This document shows, in pieces, positions 42,768-56,951 of a stretch of 64,000 nt of DNA. Both the position numbers and the translations under genes were made by a program. Numbering within the stretch: the first letter of the stretch is position 1; every line of letters begins with the position of its first letter. The notes below the pieces were generated by a model. It was not told the DNA's origin. It searched no databases and worked only from the letters and a program-made list of their open reading frames with translations. Where the stretch lies: positions 68,634,001-68,698,000 of the forward strand of contig OX597833.1 in the NCBI GenBank assembly GCA_951406725.2. Reading direction: 5' to 3'. The DNA is from Octopus vulgaris. Lineage: Eukaryota.

Positions 42768-42992
42768 GTATACACGCGTACATATAAATATATGTACATA
42801 TATATATATACATATAAATATGTGTGTGTATATATACACATGTATATATATGCATATATACATATACGTGTATATATACATATATACATATGCATGTATA
42901 TATACATATATACATATGCATGTATATATACATATATACATATGTATATATACATATGTATATATACATATGTATATGTATATATGTATGTA

Positions 42993-43037
<45 letters not shown>

Positions 43038-43170
43038 ATCTATATATATATACACACACAGATGTATATATGCATATATAAATGTATGTATATGTATATA
43101 TATACGTATATATATATATATGTATATATTCCTATATATATGCATATATATATATATATATATATATATA
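42700..43170. repeat. (TA)/(TACA)/(TATG) compound microsatellite
   Basis: Direct reading. Confidence 0.9.
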
Positions 43171-43683
43171 GCATACATGAAGGCTACATTGTCTTATCTT
43201 ATTATATAAAGAAAGACGTTTTAAAATCTGTGAGATGAATGGTTAAGTTGAAACGAAAAGACGAACACTTACTGTCAATGACATAAAACTATATTTACAT
43301 AACATTTCGGGTGTTATATAACTATAGATATAGAAATAATAATGATTTATCTTAACCTAAACCCGTACAGAATTTGACATTTAAAAAAAAAATCTAATTT
43401 GAAATCAATTTAAAATAGAAAACACCAATAATAAACGAGGGGAAAGAACAAGAGAAACGTTTTAAATCGATTATATCAGTTTAGACAAGACTTGAGATTT
43501 CATTGTGATTAGTTCAGTGGAAATTACCAAGCTGGCGTACATTAATGTCATATTTCAGATAGATGATATATATGGTAACTGTTTGTAGTACAACTTCAAT
43601 ACGTCAATACGTTTAATTTATAAATACATCACATCACAGTACTACGAAGTCCGACATTGATTGCACTAATATTCATTGTTCAT

Positions 43684-43893
43684 TTTAATGGGTTTGTTAA
43701 TTGTCTTTCGCTTCTTTGCGAAATATATATATATATATATACATATATACATATATATATATATATATTGTTATATTTCGGAATGGTCATTTTGCCAGTT
43801 TAGCCAATAAAAACACACGCACTATATATTTGGTGTTATTTTGCTTCAGTGATATTTAATGGGTTTGTTAATTGTCTTTCGCTTCTTTACGAA

Positions 43894-43946
<53 letters not shown>

Positions 43947-43949
43947 TAT
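43684..43949. repeat. ~85-bp direct repeat flanking an 86-bp insert
   Basis: tttaatgggtttgttaattgtctttcgcttcttt(g/a)cgaaa plus (TA)n with the same CA interruptions starts at 43684 and 43855; insert at 43769-43854. Confidence 0.85.
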
Positions 43950-43950
43950 C

Positions 43951-44160
43951 AATATTAAAGGGTGAAATTAATTAATTTAGAAATAATCATTAATTTCACC
44001 AAGTAGAGTTCGGCCTGTAAAAGACCCCGTTTGTTTTTTAAGTGCTTTGGTTTTACTGGGATCTCCCTTTTAAGTAGAAAGAATAGCCAAAACTTTTGGA
44101 CTGCTATTTCTAAATTCGGTGTGTGGTGAGGCAAATCGTTGCTGAACCCTTAATTACCTA

Positions 44161-44161
<1 letters not shown>
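43951..44161. mobile_element. short (TA)n-embedded element with an internally inverted segment, putative PLE terminus
   Basis: Head aaagggtgaaatt..aatttcaccaagtag as at 32951; 44095-44151 is the reverse-complement homolog of 33051-33112. Confidence 0.5.
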
Positions 44162-44209
<48 letters not shown>

Positions 44210-44699
44210 TTGCTATTGTTCATGTTTACGCTTCCAAGTGTTGTATGCATTTGATATAATCTATATTGCTTTCTTACTTTCGAATAAATGAATAAAGAGT
44301 TCTACTTGAAAAATAAAAAAAGAATATATTTTCCAAACCCGGAACGTAAAGTAAAAGACATCGCTATGTACATAAATATGCTTCGTGGCATAAATGTAAA
44401 TAAAAAACAGAGAAGAGACATTATAAAAGATAGATTTAGATGTAGAAAATGTCAATTACTGTGAGATATATTTACGGCGGTGTGTTTAAAAATGGCAGGG
44501 AATAAAATGAAGCAATAAAATTGCTAATGTATGATGAGGCATGGAAACAAGGAGTAAAAATACGTTGATGGACAAAAATGTTAATGGAATGCACACCGTT
44601 ATGAGCACAGCAGATTAATGAAGTTTTATGGTAATGCAGTAGGAGTGTTACACACGTGTGCTTGTGTGTGTGTATGCATTGATGAACATGTATCTGTCT

Positions 44700-45202
44700 G
44701 TATATATATATATATATGTGTGTGTGTATGTATGTATATTTATATATATGCGTGTGTATATATATATATATGTGTATGTATATATGTGTGTGTATATATA
44801 TATATATGTATGTGTGTATATATATATATGTATATATGTATATATATATGTATGTGTATATATATATGTGTGTGTATATATATATATGTGTGTATATATA
44901 TATATATATATGTGTGTGTATATATATATGTATATATGTGTATGTATATATATATATGAATGTATGTATGTATATATATATATATGAATGTATGTATGTA
45001 TATATATATATATGAATGTATGTATGTATGTATATATATATATATGAATGTATGTATGTATATATATAATGTATGTATGTATGTATATATATATGAATGT
45101 ATGTATGTATATATATATATATGAATGTATGTATGTATATGAATGTATGTATGTATATATATATGAATGTATGTATGTGTATATATATATATATATATAT
45201 AT
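44700..45202. repeat. compound (TA)/(TG)/(gaatgtatgtat) repeat
   Basis: Direct reading. Confidence 0.9.
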
Positions 45203-45839
45203 GTTTGTGTGTAGCTGGAGAGACTCGTGCACAAACGTATATGCATGTATAACTCTTTGTATATATATGTGTGCACACGCGTGTCTACTTTTTTTTTAAG
45301 TATGCGTACGTTTACACCTAGGCACATATAAAACCCAAGCGCACGTGCGCGTACCCACTCTTCCCCCCCCCACACGCACACACATATGAATACATAAGTA
45401 GTATTTAATGCGTGAAAGAGAAAGAAAATATCAGTGTGTTTCTTGTATAAACATAAACATTAGCAGAGGGTAAACAACACGTTTGGAATATAAAACTTGG
45501 TAAATCTTTCTTTCTTTGAGTGTATTTTATGCATTGACAGCTGTGGAGAACCGTAATAATGTTGTCTTGATTTGCTCTCGATCTAAGATGACTCGTCTAA
45601 ACATTATTATAACATTCCATCTAATGGTCTACGTGAAATGTTTTCTGTTGTAGGAGTCTATATTTTAGCTGTTATTTATGATGTTTTCCACGGAAATGAT
45701 TTGATTCTGTGTATAGAAAAGATGTCTGTAAAGATGCAAGTCGTAAAATACGAATACAAACATTCTTCTGTGCTTGCGTGCATGTCGTATTTTATGACTT
45801 GCATCTTTACAGACACCTATATATATATATATATATATA

Positions 45840-46161
<322 letters not shown>

Positions 46162-46426
46162 CATATATATATATACATTATATATATAATATAATTATTT
46201 ATTTTTCACCCTCTTCAATTTAAAAAAAAATTTCTTTTCAACTTTCTATTCTTGAAAATTTGCTTTGCCCTGAAAACCGGTTAGAGTTAATATTTTTTAA
46301 AAAAATTAATTTTCCATACACCCACTTTTATTAAAATTTACCTTCAATTTAGCATTCTGCCTATTTATAATTTTTCCTCGCCGATCATTTCTCCACGTGC
46401 GGTCAACACAACCCCAGCATTTATCA

Positions 46427-46471
<45 letters not shown>

Positions 46472-47511
46472 ATTTGAAAAGCCCACTGGAATGGGAGAAA
46501 GCGCTAATAATCTGAATGATATGATCTGAATGATATGATATATATATGTAAAAAATGTAATATATAAATAAATATCTATAAATATGAACCATCCGATCTT
46601 CTGATTACCTCATTTCTTCTAATATATAATACCTGTACATCATCTCCAAACCTTCCATATATATATATATATATATATATTATATCAGTATGTGTATATA
46701 TGTATTAATCTCTCATACCATTATAAACCTTATAATATCAGTATTAAATACTTAATGCATTTGCGCTGTTAAATGCTAGTAGCTGCGATATGCCATCTAA
46801 GTGATCTTCCTTTGAAGGCTTTAGTGTTAAAGAGACTAAAATTTAGGTGAAACTGAAATTTTAGGTCTAACAAAACTGTAGGTGAAACGCAATTACCCCC
46901 CCGACCTCGAAAAGTGTAACGAGAATGACAGGTATTAAAATTTCATAGTTTTCGCTGTTCATATTTAGTTAAGAATGAAGGCAGAAAGCAATTTCATATA
47001 TCGAAAAAAAACATTGCATTTCATCAATCAATTATATGATCATTCTAATCAACTGAACTATATTGAAAAATAAAACCGATTTAAAATGTCGTTCTTACAT
47101 AGCAAATATTTATGTAGAATAACGGACACAGGAGTACATTCGACTATCATTGTATGTTTATCTTAATACTCCTTATTGAACCAAAACAGTCACGATGCAG
47201 CCGCTTGACATCAAAATATTTTCAAAATTACCCTGAGAAGACATCCTATGACCTTATCATATGACATCAATTGCTATAACTGTCTCTCTCTCGTTTTCCC
47301 TCTTTCTATCTCTTTCTGTGTTTCTGCTTCTTTCCAATCCACATTTTTGTTCCTACTGTTATTAGGCTTGGTAGAATAAAATCACCAACGATAAAATGTT
47401 AGGCTACCACTTGGAAATAGTCCGATCTATTTTGTCTTATTCAAACGTAGTTATTCCACTATTCTGTTTTCCAATTTTGAATGTTTAATCTAATAAGTTC
47501 GATGATGGCAT

Positions 47512-47936
47512 TCTTTATTCTTTCTTTTTATTATTTTACTTGTTTCAGTCATTTGACTGCGGCCATGCTGGAGCACCGCCTTTAGTCGAGCAAATCGACC
47601 CCGGGACTTATTCTTTGTAAGCCCAGTACTTATTCTTTCGGTCTCTTTTTGCCGAACCGCTAAGTGACGGGGACTCAAACACACCAGCATCGGTTGTCAA
47701 GCAATGCTAGGGGGACAAACACAGACATACACACACAGACACACACACACACACATATATATATGCATATATACGACAGGATTCTTTCTGTTTCCGTCTA
47801 CCAAATCCACTCACAAGGCATTGGTCGGCCCGGGGCTATAGCAGAAGATACTTGCCCAAGATGCCACGCAGTGGGACTGAACCCGGAACCATGTGGTTGG
47901 TTAGCAAGCTACATACCACACAGCCACTCCTGCGCC
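47512..47936 (-). mobile_element. full-length SINE family A
   Basis: Reverse complement colinear with the 8895 copy. Confidence 0.92.
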
Positions 47937-49525
47937 TATGCATATGCAGTTTGTCTCTTGCAACTCCTTATAATCATATTTTCAATTATTTGGTCTCATG
48001 CCCTTTAAATTTTTCACTTCCATTCCTCTAGTTTCTGTTCTATAGGTGCGAACTTCTAACAAGCATCGTATTGGCAAATAGGTTATTGGTCTGTAGTTCG
48101 AAACGGACGCCATTTTGTTTGCTTCTGAAAACAAACTGCGTTGTCTGACCCCTTAGCAATCCATTTTTGGATGTTTCATCTTCGAAGAAATTCATTCATT
48201 TAATAAACTTAATCACTGATTTTCTGGATGTTTTAATCTTCTTCAACCAGAAATTTTCCAGTCAGTCTCGGCAATTTGGAAGTGATTTTCGCTTCGATTG
48301 GTTTCCATTGAAGGGTTTAATTACTTTAATAATAATAATAACAACAATAGTAATAAAGAAGAAGGAGGAAGAGGAACATAGCATCATCCCCTTCATCATT
48401 TTTCTCTTCATACAGGTTGTCTATAGTTCAATGAGTTACTGCAATGCATATTGTTGCATTTAGCAGTCGATGGAAATTTCGTAAAATAAAAGCGAGAGTT
48501 AATTAGATTATCCAACAGGATAATGAAGGATTTCATAAGAACGCTTGCTCCAAGCGAAATCTCACTTGGCACATTAAAGCTACATTGAATTAATCATAAT
48601 GATATCTCCCTGTTCCCGGTCTTCCTTAGAAATTCCTGATGATAAATGGATATTTTAAATTTAATTTCTAATAACTTTACGTTAAATTCATAATTAACAG
48701 TTGTATGATTTGCTGTGCAAGATGAAGAAGAAATAATGGTTTTAAATATCTCGACAAATAATTATTTATACATAAATTTCACAATTCTCCTTTGTTATAT
48801 AAAATTGTAAAAATATAAAAATATGTAATATGCAACATTATCACAAAGTATTTCCATCTAATTGATGTCTGTGGGTGTTTGTGTGCGTGTTTATAATATT
48901 CAGAGCGAATCATTAATAGTTTTCAGACATTTTCATGTAATCTGTATTTCTGAAATTCTGTATTCGAATTAAAGTGAAATAATTAAATACAATTAGAATA
49001 AAGAATCACAACTATGTAAGCTATGTTTATCATGGAGTTTCATACTTTAGAAATTCAGAACAAAATGAATTTTAATAAATGCTAAAACAAAAACAAAATT
49101 ACAAATAACGACAATTTATTAAACTTCCATTTATATTATTAAAAGTCTAAAAAGTTTTAGACAGTAACTATTCAAAAAAGAGGGGAAAAAATTAAAAAAT
49201 TATTCTTCCGAAAGATATAACCAGCAAATAACAAAGCTAAGAAGACTTTAATTGACTTTATTCAAGGTTAATTTTTGTTTTTTTCTGCTCGATACATGTC
49301 AGCACTATATTTTGAAATATCGTTTTAGTAATTAAATTTTCCTAAATTGAAACCAAATTGATCCAATTAAATTGGCATAAATTGTATGATAAATGGGGTG
49401 TGATAAACAATTATTGATAACATTTTGCAGAGTAACACTTCTTTGATTCATTGTAAATTCTGGCTGCGTTTGTCAACATTTTTGATGCAGACTTTGTTTT
49501 AAATTATAAAATATTCTAAATGAAT

Positions 49526-49571
<46 letters not shown>

Positions 49572-50139
49572 CCTGTCGGTCTATACCCTGGCTTCATTAA
49601 TGGTAGTGTATAATTAACTTCTAAGTAAGGAGCTGTGTCTCCGGTTTTAGAGTAAGATATAGTCGTATATTCCGAACCTCATCGTTGACAGTAATTTATT
49701 TTACCTAGACAGGATAAAAATCGACAGCAACATCGTCGATTGAACCCTAAACCGCAACGCATGCAGTTAAGTGCCACAGAATATTTTCTGCCATTCTACT
49801 ACCAATGAACAGAATAACTTTCCTAGCATTCTTTATTCTTATGTAACTACGCTCCTGTAAGCCTTAAGATCTGCGAGTCGGCTTTACCAGGTGCAATTTC
49901 ATTGACTATATCCATCAAGGACACAGAAGCTGGGAGCTTCGAGATTTTCAGTTTACATCAGCTAATTGGTAGCCGAAACATCAATATTTTTCAACATGAA
50001 ACCTTTCTATGCGGCTGCCTATGTTTGCATTTTCCAGAGGAACAGCTAAGTGAATTCATGCACACTAAACCGTACTCGCGTTACATATTCCGTACGGAAT
50101 AATATTGAGTATGATCGTGTTATATAAAATAACAGGCGG

Positions 50140-50315
50140 CCTCTGTTGTACTCTTTTGTCCCAAAATTTCTCTCACTCTTTCTTCCTGCTTCTTAAGTAA
50201 CGCAGCGATAGGCTAGCTTCCCGTCCAGCTGAGACGGGGAACACATGCGCCATAGAAACCGTGAAACCGGCTCATGAGTCTGGCTAGGCTTGAAAAGGGC
50301 GCATAAATAAATAAA
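50140..50315 (+). mobile_element. 5'-truncated SINE (body Y plus a distinct tail)
   Basis: ctgttgtactctttt..tttctctcactctttcttcctg matches 53683-53725, then gcagcgataggctagcttcccgtccag...ggctaggcttgaaaagggcgca(taaa)n. Confidence 0.7.
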
Positions 50316-50411
50316 ATGTGTGTAAGTATACACAAACACATATCACATGCCATTTATGTATATATCTGACTCTCTTTCTCGCTCTCTCTCTCTCTATCTC
50401 TCTCTCTCTCT

Positions 50412-50452
<41 letters not shown>

Positions 50453-52286
50453 ACGACAGACAGACAGAGTAGATCCTAAAACGTTGAGAAGTGCTTATGT
50501 TCACCGCATATGATCGTTGCATCGCCGACATTTAATATTATTTAAACCACATCATTATAATTATACTGAAAATGATAATTTTGTAGAATAATCAATATTT
50601 CTGTGTGTGTGTATATGCTTAATATCTCGTCATGAATATTTAAAATACAAAAACTGAAAGAAACGCCGTTCTTAACTACACTGCTTTCATATTATGTTAA
50701 CTAAACTTTAGAAACTGTCTCCTCATATACAATGCTATATTCAAAGGTACAGTATTGCCGTCTATAATAAAATATTCTATAGTACTGTATAAATTAATAG
50801 AAGCGAAACATTAAAAATATGTTATAATTTACAAATTGCTTCGATAAATCAATTTGGTGTTTAATAAAATGTTGTTCTATGGTAAATTATATTTCTGCTA
50901 AATTATATGTAACAGTCTGCTTTAATTAGTGTCTACAAAAATTTTTATCACTAATTTTTGTAATTTTTTCTGCAAATAATGCCTTGGTTTAAGTATTTTA
51001 TTTAATAAAGTAATATAATTTAAATATTTCTTTAATCCTCGGCTAAATTTTATTTTCTCTTCTGCTCAATCGAATCAATATGACCGCCATATTGAGGTTG
51101 TTCGTTTCGTTATCTTCGTTGTTGTTTTGTTGTAACTGGTATTTATCTCCACTTCAGCTACGATCAAAGACTTCCCAGGAATGTCTATTCATTTTAATTT
51201 TATTCAGATATAGCCGTTTTAGAAATATAATATACTGATACATCAATCACTTTTCATATTTAGCGAGCGATGTCAATATATTTGAATAGATTTGTCTGAT
51301 ATTTTTACTTGCTAGAGCAGCCCGATAAAGGCACGGAACAAGGAATCCGTATCGGAAAGCCATATTAGATAAAAAGACAGCCAAATCTTACTCGAATACT
51401 GCTCCTTTGAGTTAAATGAGGAAAAGTAATGTTAGATAATGCAATGTTTCAAATCTATAACAAGACAAAATCATTGGATAAGAGTTAAGCTGTGTTGGAC
51501 AACATCAAGCACAAAGGCCTAGAAAACAGCGTAAAAGCACCCTCATAAATACTATTCTATCTTCGGTATATAACTTCCATTATTACAAAGTTGTTTCATG
51601 TATTTAATGCAGTGTCTGGTGTTATTAAATATTCTTCCTTTTTCCAGAAGGTCTAAAAAGAATATATAAAAACAAAACGTTTTTCCAGCCCCTTACCTTT
51701 TTAAATAAAAGGATGCGATTTTTATGTCAGATTTCTTCCCCTTAGAAATTGTCACATAAATACATATATTCTTAGATGCATACATTTGACTTATTAGTAT
51801 ATCATCGTTAAGACCATTCAAAGGTCATAGACTCTTTTGTTGCCAATACTTATGTAGATACACGTGGAATAGGGACCTCAAAGAACAGTGGGTCCTATTT
51901 CATCTTTGCTTAATCATTTTTTTTAATGTTGGTCGCCTAACGTACAATAAATATGCTATGAAAATAGATAACATCAAAACCTTTATACATTTACTACAAC
52001 AGCTGAAAAAAAAATCAACCACAAAACCTTTAAATCATACTCGAAACATCTTAGAATACGGAAGTTCACATTAAATAATGCATTCCTCGATAACCTTTGC
52101 ATCATCAAATTTCACCTTCATCTAAAAAAACTAATGCAAAAATATATTGATATAATGTTATGAACATGTAATGCATTTCGACAAACTAAACTCTTTGCAA
52201 ACCACATAAACCTCCAATGACTATCAAAACGGGTTTTATTTTTATTTGTCGTTTGACTATTATTAATGCAAATTTTACTATAAAGG

Positions 52287-52341
52287 TTTTCCTGTATATT
52301 TAATTATTTAACGTTTTCTTTTTTTTCCGTTTCAGGTAAGT
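52287..52341 (+). promoter_or_regulatory. candidate recursive splice site (zero-length exon, 3'ss fused to 5'ss)
   Basis: AG-free zone from 52287, branch-like TTTAAC (52307-52312), pyrimidine tract ttttcttttttttccgttt, then CAG|GTAAGT (junction 52335/52336). Confidence 0.55.
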
Positions 52342-52604
52342 TCATTTCTATTTGGACGTGCTACTTCCGGTACAAGATTAGGATGGATAACATCAACCTA
52401 ACACTTCCGTTTTACTCCTATACAGACGTATTTATATATTCATTTCTTATTTATAAGAAGATTACGTAAATATATGTATGTTTATTGTTCTTAGATACAT
52501 ATGTGTATCTAATGCTCTAACTCTCTCTCTCTATCTCCGAATGCATATCTATCTATCTAACAATCTATTTGTGTATCAGTCAATCTCTCACTGTATGTAT
52601 ACAT

Positions 52605-52860
<256 letters not shown>

Positions 52861-53282
52861 TATGTACTCACAGATGTGTATGCAAACATGCTTATTTATG
52901 AGTTTCCTTTAGGTAGATGTGGAACACAATCTTTAAGAACAACGTACATGTTTTAAAAAATACACACGTGTAAAGATATGTGTGTGTGTGTCTGTGTGTG
53001 CGTCGAATTGCTTGACAGATATGGTATGTGTAATGTTCATTTTTACCATTTTACACAATAAAACGTGAAAGGCACTCGCTGCGGTATTTTGTCCCGATTA
53101 TGCTCCACCTAGGATTAAGTGAAACAGTAGCATATAACTCCTGGATATATTTTCTGTTTAAAATGCGCCAAACTCTAACGAAAGACACAATGGTTCGTCG
53201 TGATTTCGTGTCCTAATTTATAGAGACTCTTTTAGACATTATTTACATTTGACGGATATTTGTCCTCATCTTGTTTGTTACT

Positions 53283-53328
53283 AACACAACGTTTCCCCTG
53301 ATATACCCTCTAGCGTTCATCAGGTGTT
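53283..53328 (-). ncRNA. minimal type-I hammerhead ribozyme (core intact, stem II decayed)
   Basis: AACAC-CTGATGA-ACGCTAGAGGGTATATCAGGG-GAAAC-GT-T-GTGTT: perfect 5-bp stem I AACAC/GTGTT, canonical boxes, loopless palindromic stem III AACGTT, GUU site. Confidence 0.7.
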
Positions 53329-53535
53329 TCGGGAAATTTTGGGGAAACACCTTAGGAATGTGAACCTGGGTTCTCATTCCCGTGGTGTTTTTCGATGTTA
53401 TTATTATTATTAGTATCAGGTCATTGCCTGGAATCGAACAAACTTGAGGTTAGTAGCTGTGCTTTTAACCACTACGCCATACGCCGAAACATTGTGTTAG
53501 CAACAAACAAGATGATGACACTATACGTCAAATGT

Positions 53536-53916
53536 GTGGAGGCGCAATGGCCCAGTGGTTAGGGGAGCGGACTCGCGGTCGTAGGATCGCGGTTTCGATT
53601 CCCAGACCGGGCGTTGTGAGTGTTTATTGAGCGAAAACACCTAAAGCTCCACGAAGCTCCGGCAGAGATGGTGGTGATCCCTGCTGTACTCTTTCACCAC
53701 AACTTTCTCTCACTCTTACTTCCTGTTTCTGTTGTACCTGTATTTCAAAGGGCCGGCCTTGTCACTCTCTGTGTCACGCTGAATATCCCCGAGAACTACG
53801 TTAAGGGTACACGTGTCTGTGGAGTGCTCAGCCACTTACACGTTAATTTCACGAGCAGGCTGTTCCGTTGATCGGATCAACCGGAACCCTGATCGTCGTA
53901 ACATACGGAGAGTTCT
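53536..53916 (+). mobile_element. full-length young tRNA-derived SINE (body Y) with a perfect 14-bp TSD
   Basis: Head tggcccagtggttagg...ggtttcgattccc (A/B boxes); TSD tatacgtcaaatgt at 53522-53535 and 53917-53930; CpG-rich. Confidence 0.93.
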
Positions 53917-55141
53917 TATACGTCAAATGTAAATAATATAAATAATGTCTATAATTCCTTATCTCTTAAATATAGAACTGTATTATCTTTCAGACATTTT
54001 CAGAAGCATCTAATTCTTTATACAAAATATTATCTCTAACAGTTGCTTGTACATTTTGAGATTTTGTTAGCTGCAATGAATTCAGCATATATATATATAT
54101 ATATACTCATGATTCTACGAATTGATGAATTGGTTTTCTAAATAGTTTTTCATACAGTGTGTGAACGAATGAACATTTCAAATAATTGTCTGGCAGCTTA
54201 CTTCATTCGGAAGTATAGATAAGCCGCAGCTGGAGGTGCCAGTCATTGTGCTTATTATAAATGATTTAATTTCCTTTGTTTCATTGCAAAAATCGTTGGA
54301 AATTTATTGTGAAAAATGTTTATAGTAAAGCTGCCCATTCAGGAGACATGTTAGAACATGTCAGCCTTGCATATCGCATGCTAAGACATCGGTCGCTGTA
54401 GATACATGATCCGTAAACATGACGTCTTTTTCTGTAATGATTGTAAAAGCGTCAGACGCAGGGATAACATCAAGCCGTTTCCCACATATAGATTATGTGA
54501 AAGAGAACGTGTAATAAAACTGGAGAAAGGTTGAAATCAAATTTGAGTAAAATAAAGATCAAAGTTGGAAGGTTTACAATCAATACGATGAATCAGTCTT
54601 TATATATTCAAACTGAAATCCGTGTAGCCACTTTAGATCAAGCATTTATGATCATCATATAGGATGGCACATCGTAAAGGTTGAGCAGGAAGACTGAATG
54701 AGGGAAAGAGCAAAACGTTTACATTGTCCCTCTTACAAAAGCGGATATCACACCCGATGTTTCTCTATTCTTCCCTCATTCTCCTTTTCTCCACCGCCAC
54801 ATAACTATAGGTATGTGTATAAGAACGGAGAGAAAGAGATGTGTGTGCATTTCTGTGTATAGATACACGGATAGAGAGATAGACTGATATATGTGTATGT
54901 ATAATAAATATAAAATGGAAATGATTGAGAAATAATTTTCAGTTAGGTATTTAGACATAATTAATTAATGGTGCTCTAATAGATCCCCACCAGATGCCAT
55001 ATCTGAATTGAATATGAAGAGTTTACTGATACCATTTGTACACTAACATGCTTCTCTTCGAATGTCCGTTAATAAAGACAAGCATTAAGTATATATATAT
55101 ATATATTTGTTTGTGTACGTATATGTGTTTCTGTATTTACG

Positions 55142-55174
<33 letters not shown>

Positions 55175-56087
55175 CAAACAAATACACGTACACAAACAAG
55201 TACACGTATACACACTACACACACAAACAAACACACCCGTAATCATACAATCACACATACATACACACACATACACACACACACACAAACAAACACACAC
55301 ACACAGTCATCATGCAAACTGACGCATTTTGTACACACGTATCAATACACATATGTGTATACAACTCTGGTTTTGAATATATATATTTTTGTACCCATGT
55401 AACAGTCTCTCTCTCTCTCTCTCTGTTTTTTTTTCTCATCTGCACACCCATATATATATATATATATATGGCATCTCTGATAATGTTGAGAGAGAGAGGG
55501 ATACAAAGAATTACAGTTAAAAAACCAAAAAAGCAACGGATATTTAGAGATGGGAAGGAAAGAGAGGGAGTGTGGGAAGAAAAACTTTTATTCACAGAAG
55601 TAGTAGATTTTGCAGAAATACTCCAAATATAATTCTCTTAATGGCAGTTCATGTGTGAAATATGTTCTCGACACCTACAGAGAAAGAGACGGATTTGCCG
55701 CAGATTTTCTGCACAAGATGGTTTCTGTTGTTAGTGCGATATTAAGTTCATTTGCACACTGAACAGTAGAGTTTCATTCATTTCCCCTATATATTTTGTC
55801 AGCTTGAGTTTAAGTAACATTTCAACTCTATAAACGAATTATTGTGACTCTGCGGTAGGTAAAATATTAAGTCTTGGCCCAAGGCGTTCTTAGATTTTCA
55901 GACTGATTAATGAAGAAGAAATACGCGTTTGACCTTTCGTACGAATATTATTTCACATTAAGCACGTAAGGACTGGTTATATAAAAGCCACTTGTAGATA
56001 TGAGTAAAAGGCTGCCTTCATGACGTCTCAACAGAAAGCTAGAAAGCGCAGTCGAACCACTCTAATATCGTGCTATTCTTTTCTTCT

Positions 56088-56271
56088 TTTCATTCTTTTA
56101 CATGTGATTCAGTCGTTTGTCTGCGGCCATGCTGGAGCACCGCCCTTAGTCGAACAAATTGACCCCAAGACTTATCCTTTATAAGCATAGTTCGGACCCC
56201 TAAACCGAACCGCTATGTTATGGGGACGTAAAGGCACCAACATCGGTTGTCAAGCGATGGTGGGGGAATAA

Positions 56272-56324
<53 letters not shown>

Positions 56325-56497
56325 CACACACACACGATGGGCTTCTTTCAATTTCCGTCCACTAAATCGACTCACACGGATTTTGGTCGGCCCGAGGCTA
56401 TAATAAAAGCACTTGCCCAGGGTGCGACACAGTGGGACAGAACCCAGAAACATGTGGTTGGGAAGCAAGCTTCTTACCACACACCCACGCTTGCACC
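56088..56497 (-). mobile_element. SINE family A, moderately diverged
   Basis: ctgcggccatgctggagcaccgcc...catcggttgtcaagcg..(ca)(ta)..gggcttctttca...cttaccacac. Confidence 0.88.
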
Positions 56498-56727
56498 CAT
56501 GGTTATTTCTAAAGAAAGAATACAGCACCTGTTGTCAAATACTTTTGATTGATAAAGATTCACTCACACGCACGCCCACAAACGCAGGCACGCGCACACA
56601 CATACACACATATTCACTGTATGTGAGTGTGTGTGTGTATGCATGCACTGATATGTGTGCGTGTGTATATACATATATACACGTAGAGGTATACATACAT
56701 GTGCGTATATATATACATACCTCTCTC

Positions 56728-56784
<57 letters not shown>

Positions 56785-56951
56785 ATACATACACGTGCAC
56801 ATATATGGACTACCGACGCACATCACATATATATATATATATATGTATGTAAAATTTAATAAAGGTAGAAATTGATATTAATCAATTAAAACCAGTGGCC
56901 CAGCATATTAAAAAAATCCGAAGATTAAAATATTTATACATACAAAATCTA

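Larger units (their letters stand above)
53241..53985 (-). mobile_element. tRNA-headed hammerhead-carrying element with an inverted duplicated tail (PLE-style insertion), interrupted by a SINE
   Basis: Minus strand: A box TGGCGTAGTGG (53469-53479), B box GTTCGATTC (53431-53439), (AAT)n, hammerhead, tail. An inverted tail copy lies at 53486-53535 + 53931-53985. Putative TSD tcttt(t/c)agacatt at 53228-53240 and 53986-53998. Confidence 0.75.
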
